Notes: generated by a model not told the origin, from the letters alone. Shown: positions 11,723-22,459, counted from the first letter of the stretch. The stretch: 64,000 nucleotides of DNA from a bacterium (GCA_046757025.1 JBHHXN010000010.1:1-64000); one strand, 5' to 3'. Translations and numbers: made by a program.

Positions 11723-11745
11723 TTAATTTACCCTTGATTAGACAC

Positions 11746-11773
11746 AAAAAACTCCGACGAATTGGTCGGAGTT
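11746..11773 (-). terminator. Rho-independent terminator-like hairpin just upstream of purA
   Basis: Minus strand aactccgac-caattc-gtcggagtt followed by tttt. Confidence 0.7.
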
Positions 11774-11887
11774 GAGTTGTCAGCAATTTATTTTAAAAGA
11801 CAACCGGTTTCAAAATTTGGCGTGATTCACTCGCTCACAAAGCAAATACGAAATCTAATTATTCAACAGCAGATGTAAAATTAAATT

Positions 11888-12226
11888 CTATTTAAAGCTT
11901 TCGATAGCTTTTTCGACGGTATCAAATGTTTCAAAAACCGACAGCAACTTGGTAATCATCAATAAACTTTGGATGCGATCGGTAATAGTGGCCAACTTCA
12001 AATCGCCGCCGCTATTGCGCATAGTAGTCAACCCGCCTATCAAAATTCCCAGGCCAGAGCTGTTCATCCAATTGACTTTTTCAAGGTCGGCAACCACATT
12101 GGTTTTGCCTTTTTCAATAAGCTCGTGTAGCTTATCATTTAACAATGTGGCATCAGGGCCGCCCATGATTTTACCAGACAACTCGAGAACCACTACATCA
12201 TCAATACAATTTTCATTGATTTTCAT
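11888..12226 (-). CDS. STAS-domain anti-sigma-factor antagonist (RsbV/SpoIIAA-like)
   Basis: DLEKVNWMNSSGLG phosphorylation-site motif; GGAGGA RBS before ATG at 12226 (the ORF-track extension overlaps secF). Confidence 0.92.
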   Translation of the reverse strand: MKINENCIDDVVVLELSGKIMGGPDATLLNDKLHELIEKGKTNVVADLEKVNWMNSSGLGILIGGLTTMRNSGGDLKLATITDRIQSLLMITKLLSVFETFDTVEKAIESFK

Positions 12227-12264
12227 ATAAATGTCCTCCGTGGATCTGCAATTTCCATTTCGAT

Positions 12265-13185
12265 TTAGCTTCGCCTGGAAAGAGGTCTGCCTTTTTTGAG
12301 TTCCCGTCGTTTCTCCCATTCCACAACAATGGGACTCGCGATGAAAATTGAACTATATGTTCCAACAATGACACCAATTATCAAAGCAAAGGCAAAGTTT
12401 TGAATAACCGGCCCACCGAAAAGATACAGAATTAAAACCACAATCATAGTTGTAACCGAAGTAATTATGGTTCGATTCAATGATTGGTTTATGCTGGTAT
12501 TGACGATGGTTTCATACGATTCCCTTCGCAGTGTTTTTATATTTTCTCGAATCCGGTCAAATACCACAATGGTATCGTTCAGTGAATACCCGACAATGGT
12601 TAAAAAGGCCGCCACGATAGCCAGCGTAATTTCCAATCGCAGAACCGAAAACACACCCAGAGTAATTAAAATATCGTGAAACAATGCGGTAATGGCGCCG
12701 ATGGCGAACACAAACTCAAATCTCCAGCTAATATAAACTAAGATAAAAAATAAGGCGATGAGAATGGCCCAGACAGTTTTGGTGCGCAATTCCGAGCCAA
12801 TTTTCGGGCCGACTTTTTCAACTTGCTGGACTATGTAAGGATTTTCAGGAAAGGATTTTGATATTTCCGCTTTGATGGCATCGGAGATTTCCGTGCCGGT
12901 CTCTTGCTCTTCAACTCGGATCAATACTTCATTTGCGGCCCCAAAACTCTTGATCTCCGCATTTGCAAATCCGGCTCGTGCCACCGCCGCTCGCACATCG
13001 GCAATGGGAATCGGGGTTTCGAAGTGCAATTCAATGGAGGTGCCCCCTAAAAAATCGATGCCATAATTCGGCCCTTTGTGAATAACCAGCGACGCCAAAC
13101 CGATAAGGATTAAAATTCCTGAAATGATCAGGGTTACTTTTCTTTTTCCAATAAAATTATAATTCGCATTAAGAAGAAATTGCAT
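12265..13185 (-). CDS. secF: Protein translocase subunit SecF
   Basis: GIDFLGG and GYSLNDTIVVFDRIREN motifs. Confidence 0.98.
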   Translation of the reverse strand: MQFLLNANYNFIGKRKVTLIISGILILIGLASLVIHKGPNYGIDFLGGTSIELHFETPIPIADVRAAVARAGFANAEIKSFGAANEVLIRVEEQETGTEISDAIKAEISKSFPENPYIVQQVEKVGPKIGSELRTKTVWAILIALFFILVYISWRFEFVFAIGAITALFHDILITLGVFSVLRLEITLAIVAAFLTIVGYSLNDTIVVFDRIRENIKTLRRESYETIVNTSINQSLNRTIITSVTTMIVVLILYLFGGPVIQNFAFALIIGVIVGTYSSIFIASPIVVEWEKRRELKKGRPLSRRS

Positions 13186-13207
13186 TCTAACTGTTCGCTC
13201 CTAAAGT

Positions 13208-15280
13208 TTAAATACTTAATCTGGTAACTGTCAGTTTATCTGTAAAATAATCAAAAATCACACGTGTCACGACGATGGCCGTGAACATACTGACTAAAAT
13301 TCCGATTGAAAGGGTCAGCGCAAATCCACGAATGGGACCCGTACCAAACTGATATAAAACCAGTGCCGTCAGCAGTGTGGTCACATTGGCATCTAAAATA
13401 GTCTTAAATGCACGGGAATAACCGTTATCAATGGCGGCTCTGGTGGTTTTACCGTTGCGCAATTCCTCGCGTATTCTTTCAAATATCAGTACATTGGCAT
13501 CCACGGCCATACCGATGGTCAAAATGATGCCTGCGACTCCCGGCAACGTTAAAGTCGCATGAAATCCGGCCAGAACGGCCATAATAATCAGGATGTTCAA
13601 AAACAGGGCCAGGTTGGCAACAAACCCCGACAAACGATAATAGATAACCATGAAAATGACGACGATAGCTAAACCTACCAAAGCAGAGAAAGAACCTTTT
13701 TTGATGGAATCCTGTCCTAACGAAGGTCCCACGGTTCGTTCCTCAATGGCTTCCACTGGGGCCGGCAGCGCACCCGCACGCAAAACGATGGCCAAATCCT
13801 GCGCTTCCTCACTGTTGGCCATGCCGGTTATTTGCGCTCGTCCTGAAGGAATTCGCTCTTGAATATTTGGAATCGAAACGACTTTCCCGTCCAGAACAAT
13901 TGCCAATCTTTTGCCGACATTTGCGCCGGTGACTCGCGAAAATACCCTGGCGCCTTCGCCGGTCAATTCCATATTTACAACCCATTTTCCAATTTGTAAG
14001 TTGGAGCCGGGACTGGCCAAGGCATTGGATATCATCGAACCTTTAAGCTCAGGCTCTTTTTTAACTAAAAACAGTCGGTAAAATTCTTGATCACCGAATT
14101 TTTCCGAATGGGCCTGAAAAACAAATTCGGCGTCTCGGGGTAAGATGGCCTGTACTTCAGCCGAATTGATAATACGTTCAACATGGATTCGATTTTTTGT
14201 GGGTACACCTATGTCGCCACCGATGCTGGCCAATAAAGCGTCAAATGGCCTCTCCTGAAAGATTTCTTCATCCACTAACATAGTCGAATCGGCGCTTTCA
14301 GATTTAGCATCATCCTTGTCTTCCTCCAAAACCGAAATGGATTCCTCGCCGAAAAGTTCTTTAAGCGTTTTCTCGGAATCCTTTCTGATTTTTGGAGTAG
14401 CCGTTAAAGAATCAGACTGGGCAGTAGAATCCGACAAATCGCTGCTTTTGTCTTTTGCTAATTGCTTTTTCATGATGCGATTGATGTCGTTTAATACTGA
14501 GCTAATGACTTCCGGCTCTTTTTCCAACTGAAACTCCAGAAGCGCAGTGGTACCGATAATGTTTTTCGCCCGGTCCACATCCTTAATCCCGGCCAGCTCA
14601 ATCACGATTCTTTGGCTGCCTTGCTTGGTAATCGATGGCTCGGAAACACCAAACTGGTCGATGCGATTTCTGAGCACTTCCAGCGTTCTATTGACCGCGT
14701 CCTCGGCTTCATTTTTAAGCTCTTCGATGATTTTATCGTCCGAATCTCTTGCGCCACCGAAATAACGATTTAACGGTTGCTGAGCTTCCTGGGCTGTCGC
14801 TTTCAACGCTTCAAAAAAATCTTCGTTGGTTTCCCGCACGCTGGCAACGGTTTTGTCGATCAAACTCTCAAATTCAGAATCTTTCACTTTTGCCAGATTG
14901 TTCAGCAGCTCGGGCAAATCAACCTCATACACTAAATAGGTGCCGCCCTGTAAATCCAAACCCAGTTTAATCGACTTGCTCTCGTTCTCAACAATTTTCT
15001 CATCTAATGCTCGCAATGCCTCTACATCATCCAGGATGTCGTCGATTGTGTTGCCGTTATGGCCCTTAAAATTATCCCGAACCTGCAATTCGAGATTGCC
15101 CGTGGCTAAAGCCGCTTTGATATCATTTATGGAAAGTGTCGTGTTTTTTTCAATTTCAGTATAATGTCTGAAGGATGCTTTTTTTTGCTGACTTACCTGT
15201 ACTGTCGGCAGCAGAACGATAACAGACCATACCACTGTCAGCAAAATAATGAGAGTTCTAAAAAGATTTTTTCTTCGCAT
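13208..15280 (-). CDS. secD: Protein translocase subunit SecD
   Basis: LGLDLQGG, RIDQFGVSEP, GMAVDANVLIFERIREE motifs. Confidence 0.98.
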   Translation of the reverse strand: MRRKNLFRTLIILLTVVWSVIVLLPTVQVSQQKKASFRHYTEIEKNTTLSINDIKAALATGNLELQVRDNFKGHNGNTIDDILDDVEALRALDEKIVENESKSIKLGLDLQGGTYLVYEVDLPELLNNLAKVKDSEFESLIDKTVASVRETNEDFFEALKATAQEAQQPLNRYFGGARDSDDKIIEELKNEAEDAVNRTLEVLRNRIDQFGVSEPSITKQGSQRIVIELAGIKDVDRAKNIIGTTALLEFQLEKEPEVISSVLNDINRIMKKQLAKDKSSDLSDSTAQSDSLTATPKIRKDSEKTLKELFGEESISVLEEDKDDAKSESADSTMLVDEEIFQERPFDALLASIGGDIGVPTKNRIHVERIINSAEVQAILPRDAEFVFQAHSEKFGDQEFYRLFLVKKEPELKGSMISNALASPGSNLQIGKWVVNMELTGEGARVFSRVTGANVGKRLAIVLDGKVVSIPNIQERIPSGRAQITGMANSEEAQDLAIVLRAGALPAPVEAIEERTVGPSLGQDSIKKGSFSALVGLAIVVIFMVIYYRLSGFVANLALFLNILIIMAVLAGFHATLTLPGVAGIILTIGMAVDANVLIFERIREELRNGKTTRAAIDNGYSRAFKTILDANVTTLLTALVLYQFGTGPIRGFALTLSIGILVSMFTAIVVTRVIFDYFTDKLTVTRLSI

Positions 15281-15393
15281 TAAATGTTAACCTCCTGAAG
15301 AACGATATATTTAATATGAATGGCCAGTTGTAACAAGTGGCCTTTTCCGACTTGTTTCGGGACTCCGGCTGAAGCGTCTTTTTTCATGGTGAG

Positions 15394-15535
15394 GGGCTGT
15401 CCCAAAAGTCCCAAAATACACACAACTTCATGCTGAGTCCCGAAGTAAATTTGGGAAAGCATGTCTGTTTTTAATCAACTGACAACACACTTCGACCCCA
15501 CTCAGGGTGAAGCAAAACGATTTTAGGGACAGCCC
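15394..15535. mobile_element. Family-C miniature TIR element in the secD leader
   Basis: TIR gggctgtcccaaaa / ttttagggacagccc; internal cttcatgctgagtccc and ttcgaccccactcagggtgaag shared with family B. Confidence 0.7.
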
Positions 15536-15598
15536 GCTTTACTAATCCATCAAAACAGATTTTCATCTGGTCATTCATACATTTAATTAACAGAGCGC

Positions 15599-15627
15599 AA
15601 TATACTATAATTTTAAAAAAAAGTCAA
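15599..15627 (-). promoter_or_regulatory. Sigma70-type promoter, probably for secDF
   Basis: TTGACT-N17-TATATT on the minus strand. Confidence 0.65.
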
Positions 15628-15688
15628 GGTAAGAGTTTATTAACAAACCTGGAAGTCGCAGGCGGATAAATTCAAATATTTTATGAAT

Positions 15689-15889
15689 TCAGCGACTGTT
15701 TTTTATGTCTGCAATAGATGGGTTATTGTGGGTATCAGCATTTGCATGCGTACTTAAAATCGATTCCTGAATTAAACGATTCACCACCTCTTTCACAACT
15801 TTTTTAAGCATGTCAGCGTGGACAGGGGGACCCAATTGACGTTGCGCTTCGAGGGTAATTTGCCGTATTTTATCTTCTGTTATTTTCAT
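15689..15889 (-). CDS. Small hypothetical helical protein (66 aa)
   Basis: Isolated ORF with amphipathic helices ITEDKIRQITLEA and LKKVVKEVVNRL. Confidence 0.6.
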   Translation of the reverse strand: MKITEDKIRQITLEAQRQLGPPVHADMLKKVVKEVVNRLIQESILSTHANADTHNNPSIADIKNSR

Positions 15890-15965
15890 AAAAATATTTA
15901 ATTTAGTAAAAAAATATACTCTATTTTTCAGGAAATTGCAAGTATTATTTTAAAAGGAAAAATTA

Positions 15966-15994
15966 TTGACACCAAAGGTGCATTTGTTTATATT
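15966..15994 (+). promoter_or_regulatory. Sigma70-type promoter for the TPR-CHAT gene
   Basis: TTGACA-N17-TATATT. Confidence 0.7.
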
Positions 15995-16061
15995 TCACTT
16001 TGATTATATTTTGGATTTGAATACGTGTTCCTGATGAGCTATTTCTAAATTGCCAAGGTAA

Positions 16062-19000
16062 GTGTTGACTGACATGCTAAGATATTATTTTTACCAAACC
16101 GCGATTCCATTCACCCTTCTTGTACTATTCCTGGCTGGCAGCGCCAAGTGTCATCCATTCTTTCCACAATACTCTTATTATCAAACGGCTTTAAAAAATG
16201 CCGGGCAACACAATTACAAAAGGGCCATCGACCAATTAAAAGCCCAAATCGAACAGGATTCTACCTTTACTGAAGCCTACGTCAGATTGGCTAATTTCTA
16301 CCGATACGCACAAGATTTGGAACAGGGAGAAAAGTATTTTCAAGCGGCTCTTCAAAACATGCCACAGAATCCGAATGATTTTCTGGGCCTAGCGGCGATT
16401 CACCAATTCAGCAGCGATTGGAAGCAGGCGTTTGACTATGCCAAATCCGCACTGGACAAGGGTAGCACCTCGCCAACAGCCGTTCAGTTATTGGTCGAAT
16501 CCGCCATCCGCGGTGAACTCACAGATAAGCTGCCGGCCACTTTACGCAAATTGAGAAGAAAAAAAGCACAAAAACATTTCTATGATTTGGGGTACGCCAT
16601 CTGGCGATATCACTTAGGTAATTTCAAGAAAGCCCGCACCACCATTCTAAGCTATTTAAAAACCCACGGTGATCCCTTTAGTTACAATTTATTGGGGGAA
16701 ATATTATTTGAGCTGAACGACTTCAGGGCCGCCATTGCCAATTTTAAGCAATCCCAACGCGTAGCAGTATTTATTAATCCCCATTTGAAAATAACACAGA
16801 TGCAAATTTTAGGTAAATGTTTTTTTGAAATCGGCAAAGTGGATTCTGCTCAATATTATTTCGAACAAGCTTTTAAGTTGGCTCAGTTAAATGGCGCACT
16901 TTTTGAGCAATTGCAAATCAACAAAACACTCTCCCATTATTACAAAACACTCAAGTGGTTTTCAGCTGTGGAAAAAACCTGTGGCAAAGGTATTGAAATT
17001 GCAACCGCAATAAATGAACTGCAAGAATTGCCAGAACTTTATTTTGATCGGGCGACCGCTACTTTCCATTCAGGCGATTATTTTCGGGCTTTAAAATACT
17101 TAACCCTATCGGAACAAGCCACACCCGGATTTTCAAAAAGTCGCCTCAGAACATCGATTTCCCTTGCCAAAGCGCAAATCTATATCGAATTGCATGACTG
17201 GCAAAACGCCCAGAAAACTTTACATCAAACCATTAAAATAGCCGATCAAAATCGACAGACTGAACTGGAATATCAAGCACTTTTTAACCTGGCAGATGTG
17301 CACCAGGCGCAGGGAGAAATCGATAGTGCAAAAACCGAGTACAAAAAAGTACTCTGGTTTGCTGAAAGGTACAAACTCTATCATATCGCGGAATCCTGCC
17401 TGGTCAAACTGGCTGATTTAAATATCAACCATTCTTTGAATTTAAACGATGCGAAATATTATCTCACCCGTGCGGACGCACTCGCCCGACAAACGCTTCG
17501 ACTTCAATACATTGCTTTGATTCGATATATGCAAGGTGAGATATCGTTACTTGAAAAAAATATTGAAAAAGCGGAAACCTATTTTCTGGATGCCATACAA
17601 TTGGGGAAAGACACCGGTTCGTACGATGCCATATTAGCGGGCAACACCGGTTTGATTAAAACTTATTTGCAAGCCGACTTTGCCGAATTAGCCGCCACCC
17701 GCGTGGATACCGTTATCGACTTTTTGGACGATTACCGAAATCTCTGCAGCGATCAAAATATGAAACAAATATTCAACTTGAAAAGCGATTTTTTTATTCC
17801 GGCCATCACTGCCTGCTACAAGATCGGACATTTGAAAAAAATATTTGACCTGTGCGAAAAATACAAAGCCACACAGCACATCCATCATATAGCTCAAATA
17901 AAATATACCATCTCTTCCCCAGAAAATGACGTCACGAAATATCAAATTGAAAATTTAACTCAACAAATTCAACAAAAGTGGAATCAACTTTGGGATCTGT
18001 GGCGCTCTGACAACAAAGAAAATTTAACTCTCATCATGCAAATTAAAAATAAGATCAAAGGCATGATTGCGACAAAAAACAACTTGCAGAAGGAATTCGC
18101 TCAAACGTATCCCGCATTTTACAGCTTAACAACTCCTACCACCGAATCGCTTGAGCATCTTCGTCAGCAGTTGGTCAAACACAATGCCTCGTTTCTTCAT
18201 TATGTGGTGGGCGAAGAAGAAACCAACATTTTATTGGTGCGCGCCGACTCTATTTTCTTCAAACAAATTCCCATCGGTCGTGCTTACTTAACCAGACTAA
18301 TTGAACAAATTCATCCCCTTTTTTCACCCCATCAAACAAATCTCAAATATGGCGAGTATTCACTCAACGAATATTTTCGCCTGGATCTGCTCGGAATACT
18401 CTACAACTCTATTTTAAAACCCATCAAAGGATACATTCCTTTACAAAATTCTCTGTTTGTTTCAACTGACGATATTTTAAAACTCGTTCCGTTTGAATGC
18501 CTGGTGACGAACAAAGACAAGTTAACCGACAATTATGATTTTAACCACGCCCGTTTTCTGATTGAAGACTATGCCATAACCTATCTTCCTTATGCGAAAT
18601 TTCTTAATTGGCCCTACAAAAATGACGGGCGGACTCACAATTTCCTCATCGCTTTTTCCGGAAACGCCGACACGGCAAACTACCGCAATGAAACGCAATC
18701 GGGGATGGCCCATGACAGATTTCAAAACAATCACACCAGTGGTGATTTCAAACCCATTGAAAATAGTGACGAGGAAATTATGCAAATCGCTCAAGCGGTC
18801 GGCATGACCGTCTCTCAACTTTATACCACCCATCGCGATCAAAAAGATATTTTCGTAAAGAAAAGTCCAGATTATAAACTAATCCATCTGGCAACGCACG
18901 GCGCTATTTCCGAAAATTCGCCCTTATATTCAAAAATAACTTTCGGCAGGCAGGGTGAAATCATCCACGAACTGGAAATTCAAGAATTATTCAATCTTAA

Positions 19001-19424
19001 ATTAAATGCTGAGCTGGCGGTGTTAAGCAACTTAGAAAGAGAATTCAATAGTTTCAAGGACAGCAACGGTTTAAGCACGCTGGTGCATGCTTTCAATTAT
19101 GCCGGCGTGCCCACGGTGGCCACAAGTTTGTGGACCGTACCTGAAAAAAGTGGCGCGGAACTGCTCTCGGCATTTTATGCCAATTTGAAAATGGGAATGA
19201 CTAAAGCTGAAGCACTGAGGCAGGCAAAAATTACCTTTATAAAATCTATTAATTCCAATCCGTACTTGTGGTCGCGGTTTATTTTATTAGGCCTTCCTGG
19301 TACGATTCAATTTGAAAACTACCATCGCAATTTTCTGATATTTTTCGCCGCTTCAAGTATCGTTGTCTTAATGATACTGGTGTTCTTAAATTTTAGAAGG
19401 ATTAAATCCACATCGAATAAATAG
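16062..19424 (+). CDS. TPR-repeat and CHAT (caspase-like) domain protein with N-terminal signal and C-terminal TM anchor
   Basis: Multiple TPR-like repeats; IHLATHG, SLW.V, KAEALRQAK, PYLWS.F.L.G CHAT motifs; likely start ATG 16074. Confidence 0.9.
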   Translation: MLTDMLRYYFYQTAIPFTLLVLFLAGSAKCHPFFPQYSYYQTALKNAGQHNYKRAIDQLKAQIEQDSTFTEAYVRLANFYRYAQDLEQGEKYFQAALQNMPQNPNDFLGLAAIHQFSSDWKQAFDYAKSALDKGSTSPTAVQLLVESAIRGELTDKLPATLRKLRRKKAQKHFYDLGYAIWRYHLGNFKKARTTILSYLKTHGDPFSYNLLGEILFELNDFRAAIANFKQSQRVAVFINPHLKITQMQILGKCFFEIGKVDSAQYYFEQAFKLAQLNGALFEQLQINKTLSHYYKTLKWFSAVEKTCGKGIEIATAINELQELPELYFDRATATFHSGDYFRALKYLTLSEQATPGFSKSRLRTSISLAKAQIYIELHDWQNAQKTLHQTIKIADQNRQTELEYQALFNLADVHQAQGEIDSAKTEYKKVLWFAERYKLYHIAESCLVKLADLNINHSLNLNDAKYYLTRADALARQTLRLQYIALIRYMQGEISLLEKNIEKAETYFLDAIQLGKDTGSYDAILAGNTGLIKTYLQADFAELAATRVDTVIDFLDDYRNLCSDQNMKQIFNLKSDFFIPAITACYKIGHLKKIFDLCEKYKATQHIHHIAQIKYTISSPENDVTKYQIENLTQQIQQKWNQLWDLWRSDNKENLTLIMQIKNKIKGMIATKNNLQKEFAQTYPAFYSLTTPTTESLEHLRQQLVKHNASFLHYVVGEEETNILLVRADSIFFKQIPIGRAYLTRLIEQIHPLFSPHQTNLKYGEYSLNEYFRLDLLGILYNSILKPIKGYIPLQNSLFVSTDDILKLVPFECLVTNKDKLTDNYDFNHARFLIEDYAITYLPYAKFLNWPYKNDGRTHNFLIAFSGNADTANYRNETQSGMAHDRFQNNHTSGDFKPIENSDEEIMQIAQAVGMTVSQLYTTHRDQKDIFVKKSPDYKLIHLATHGAISENSPLYSKITFGRQGEIIHELEIQELFNLKLNAELAVLSNLEREFNSFKDSNGLSTLVHAFNYAGVPTVATSLWTVPEKSGAELLSAFYANLKMGMTKAEALRQAKITFIKSINSNPYLWSRFILLGLPGTIQFENYHRNFLIFFAASSIVVLMILVFLNFRRIKSTSNK

Positions 19425-19444
19425 CTCCGCATCAAACAACTTCC

Positions 19445-20965
19445 TCAATTAAACTCGAGAATATTCTCATATTTTTCTTTGAATTGCATGATGCTTGTAA
19501 AAATCGCGTTGGCCATTTTTTGTTGAAATGACCGAGATTTCAAATTTCGCTCATCATTGCGATTAGATAAAAAAGCCGTTTCTATCAAAACATTGGGCAT
19601 GGAGGCGCCGACCAAAACGTAAAAGCCGGCTTGTTTGACTCCCCGATCAACTAATCCCGTATATTTTTTGATGGACTTTTGCACCATGGCAGCAAAATCC
19701 TGACTTTCTTTGTTGTAATCATTCTGTGCCATGGCCGCTAAAATGATGCTTTCATCGTTGTACTGAGAGCCGTTGGTCTCATGATCGTCAAATTTAATCA
19801 CGGCGTTTTCGAGCTGGGCAATTTCCAGCGCTTCTTCTGATTTGGCCAATCCCAAAAAATAAGTGGAGGCACCGTTCACTCTGGAATTACGATTCCAATT
19901 GGCATGAATACTAATGAAAAGTTTGCCCTGTTTTTTATTGGCTAATTGCGTGCGCGCTGGTAATGTAAGATAAACATCCGAATCACGCGTCATAAAAACT
20001 TGCATGTTGGTTTTCCTGCGAATCAGATCTTTCACTTTTTTCGCAATGGCCAACACGACATCCTTTTCATAAATGCCGTTTTTACCAATGGTTCCGGGAT
20101 CGCGCCCTCCGTGCCCCGGATCGAGGACAATTCTATCAATTCGCCATTTTTCTTTATCGGAGTTTATTTTGGCGATGATCTTCGGATTTAGCTTGTCCTT
20201 CGTTGGAATGGAAATCCAAACCTCTCGAGCATTTTTAGTTATGTTTAAATTCTTTGCCGGAATGTCACTGTTTAACTGAAAAGAAAGTTGTACCATCTGC
20301 TCAGACTGGACGGGCACTATTTTTTTGACAAGCCCTTTTTCGATTTTCCGTGTAAAGGATTTTTCATCGATCTTTCCATGTAAAAAATCCACATACAACC
20401 AGCCGCGACTGTAGCGGGTGCTAATACTGGACTCGTTAAAATCTTTCAGTGTTTTCACCCGAATCAATGTGCCGTTTGCTTTTTCGACAACCTGAACGCC
20501 TGTAATATTAATTTCTTTTTTTAGGTCGAGCTTTCCATAAAAAGAGGTGAAATCATCTTGGTTTGAAATGACGCTTTTTACGATGGGAAGAAAATATTGA
20601 AGCGGCACATAAATATCGCCTTTCATAAACATCGTGTTTATTGGCATCTGTAATATGGTTTGGTCCACCAAAACAAATGGGTTAAAAGCGGTTAAAGTAA
20701 TTTTTTGCGACCCCAAATACAGAATGGCTTTTCTGACTTTGTTGCTATAGTAAGTTTGTGCTTTTAACACATCTGCTAAATCGTGAAGGCTGGCATAGTC
20801 CAACTGGCCATCGATTTTACGCGCTTTGGAGCGGATGAGCCTTTCCCAATCAAAATTCTGAGCACTTAAAAAATCAGGCTGTAAATTAATCAGGAAGATA
20901 ATGAGTAATAAGGGGTGGACAAAATGACTGATTGTTAAAGATTTCTTCGGGTTTTTAGAAATCAT
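19445..20965 (-). CDS. N-acetylmuramoyl-L-alanine amidase (Amidase_3)
   Basis: LDPGHGG.DPG, FISIHAN, LIETAFLSN motifs. Confidence 0.95.
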   Translation of the reverse strand: MISKNPKKSLTISHFVHPLLLIIFLINLQPDFLSAQNFDWERLIRSKARKIDGQLDYASLHDLADVLKAQTYYSNKVRKAILYLGSQKITLTAFNPFVLVDQTILQMPINTMFMKGDIYVPLQYFLPIVKSVISNQDDFTSFYGKLDLKKEINITGVQVVEKANGTLIRVKTLKDFNESSISTRYSRGWLYVDFLHGKIDEKSFTRKIEKGLVKKIVPVQSEQMVQLSFQLNSDIPAKNLNITKNAREVWISIPTKDKLNPKIIAKINSDKEKWRIDRIVLDPGHGGRDPGTIGKNGIYEKDVVLAIAKKVKDLIRRKTNMQVFMTRDSDVYLTLPARTQLANKKQGKLFISIHANWNRNSRVNGASTYFLGLAKSEEALEIAQLENAVIKFDDHETNGSQYNDESIILAAMAQNDYNKESQDFAAMVQKSIKKYTGLVDRGVKQAGFYVLVGASMPNVLIETAFLSNRNDERNLKSRSFQQKMANAIFTSIMQFKEKYENILEFN

Positions 20966-20982
20966 ATTTTATAAAGATAAAC

Positions 20983-21831
20983 CTAATTTTCGGGTTTCTT
21001 TTCACTGCTAAATTGTTGACTGGCTTCATGAAGAATTCTTCGTTCTTCGTCATTCAATTTTTCATATCCAACTTCATTGATTTTATCCAGAATTTCATCG
21101 ACTCTTTCGCGAAATCTTTGCATATCTTGTTGTTTTTTTAACTTATGCAGAACGCGACGCGATTCCCGGCGCTGGCGGATCCGTTCGCCAAGGTAGTCTA
21201 ATCGCCAATCCAGCTTTAAATAGGCAAATCCCACCGCCATGCCGCCCAGATGTGCAAAATGGGCGACGCCAAAATCGCTTCCGAACACGCCTAAAAATAA
21301 AGAAATGCCAGCAAATATCATCACCAGATATTTGGCCTTGATTTGGATAGGAAAAAACAAAAACAGCAGCAGTGTGATCACGCGTTCCGGGTACAACACC
21401 GCGAAAGCCACCATGACACCGTATATGGCTCCTGATGCGCCCACCACTGGAATGCTTGAATTGAAATAAACGATCAGGTGAAAAATACCAGCGCCGACGC
21501 CGCAAATTACGAAATATTTTAGGAATTCACGCGTGCCCAAAGATCGTTCCACTTCGCAACCAAACATCCAGAGCACAAACATGTTGAACAATAAATGCCA
21601 TATATCTGACTGACTGTGAAGAAACATATAGGTAAATGGGGTCCAAATATGCAGTTTTGAATAAACCCATTTGGGATGCATTCCAAATATTTTGATCAAT
21701 AGCGGATCCGGTCCGGGACCGATCAAATGTTGAAATAAATAAACAACGCAATTCGCAATGAGTAAATATTTAACTGCTTTGGTGAGCCCACCGCCAAACC
21801 CTAATCTATATGTTCTTTCATAATACGACAT
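20983..21831 (-). CDS. Rhomboid family intramembrane serine protease with soluble C-terminal domain
   Basis: HLLFNM, GASG, AHLGG motifs. Confidence 0.95.
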   Translation of the reverse strand: MSYYERTYRLGFGGGLTKAVKYLLIANCVVYLFQHLIGPGPDPLLIKIFGMHPKWVYSKLHIWTPFTYMFLHSQSDIWHLLFNMFVLWMFGCEVERSLGTREFLKYFVICGVGAGIFHLIVYFNSSIPVVGASGAIYGVMVAFAVLYPERVITLLLFLFFPIQIKAKYLVMIFAGISLFLGVFGSDFGVAHFAHLGGMAVGFAYLKLDWRLDYLGERIRQRRESRRVLHKLKKQQDMQRFRERVDEILDKINEVGYEKLNDEERRILHEASQQFSSEKKPEN

Positions 21832-22079
21832 GATATGACACCGTTACGTTGAATTTTGCCAGTAGGTTATGCATACTTTACTTTGGCCTTTGCTAATTAA
21901 ACTCTTTTGTCTCGAATCAAATTCCAAATCATTTGCTGCTGAAGGTTAAAAACAATACTCAAAATGAAGATGATTTGCGGAATAATAGACCATTGATCAC
22001 GTTGGTGTTTCTTTGTGGTATCGACAGGAAGGACGAATTACTAAATATCCATATTTATTAAAACTACCACAATTTTTTT

Positions 22080-22207
22080 GTAACTCTTCAGCTAGTTTTG
22101 TCATCCCGGAAAGGCCTTGTTGGTTTTATAGCACTCTCTAGATCAGCCAATTAATTCTAAACTCAAAAAAGATCCCGCAATTGCGGGATGACAGGCTGAA
22201 TAGTTAC
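22080..22207. mobile_element. Element with family-E ends and a different REP cargo
   Basis: TIR gtaactcttcagc / gctgaatagttac; flanks attttttt / attttttc (7/8 match to an 8-bp TSD); internal tgtcatcccg ... gatcccgcaattgcgggatgaca. Confidence 0.75.
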
Positions 22208-22231
22208 ATTTTTTCAGCTCAATCCGGTTCT

Positions 22232-22260
22232 ATTTTATGAATTAATCGTTTAAAAGTCAA
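22232..22260 (-). promoter_or_regulatory. Sigma70-type promoter facing the rhomboid/amidase genes
   Basis: TTGACT-N17-TAAAAT on the minus strand. Confidence 0.55.
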
Positions 22261-22422
22261 GCAAAAAAAATTACCGCCCTTCACCTGTTACGGGCCGACC
22301 GAGCTACATTCGAATATCTCTTTAAAACAGCCCATGAATTTAAATTTGAAATCGCCAGCATTCAGGATTAGATTTCGCTAAAAAGAAGGCTTTGGAAACA
22401 CTTGCAAAGAATTGAATACTTC

Positions 22423-22451
22423 TTGACTTTGCATTCCTTGAAAATTATATT
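22423..22451 (+). promoter_or_regulatory. Sigma70-type promoter facing clpS
   Basis: TTGACT-N17-TATATT. Confidence 0.65.
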
Positions 22452-22459
22452 ATTAACTA

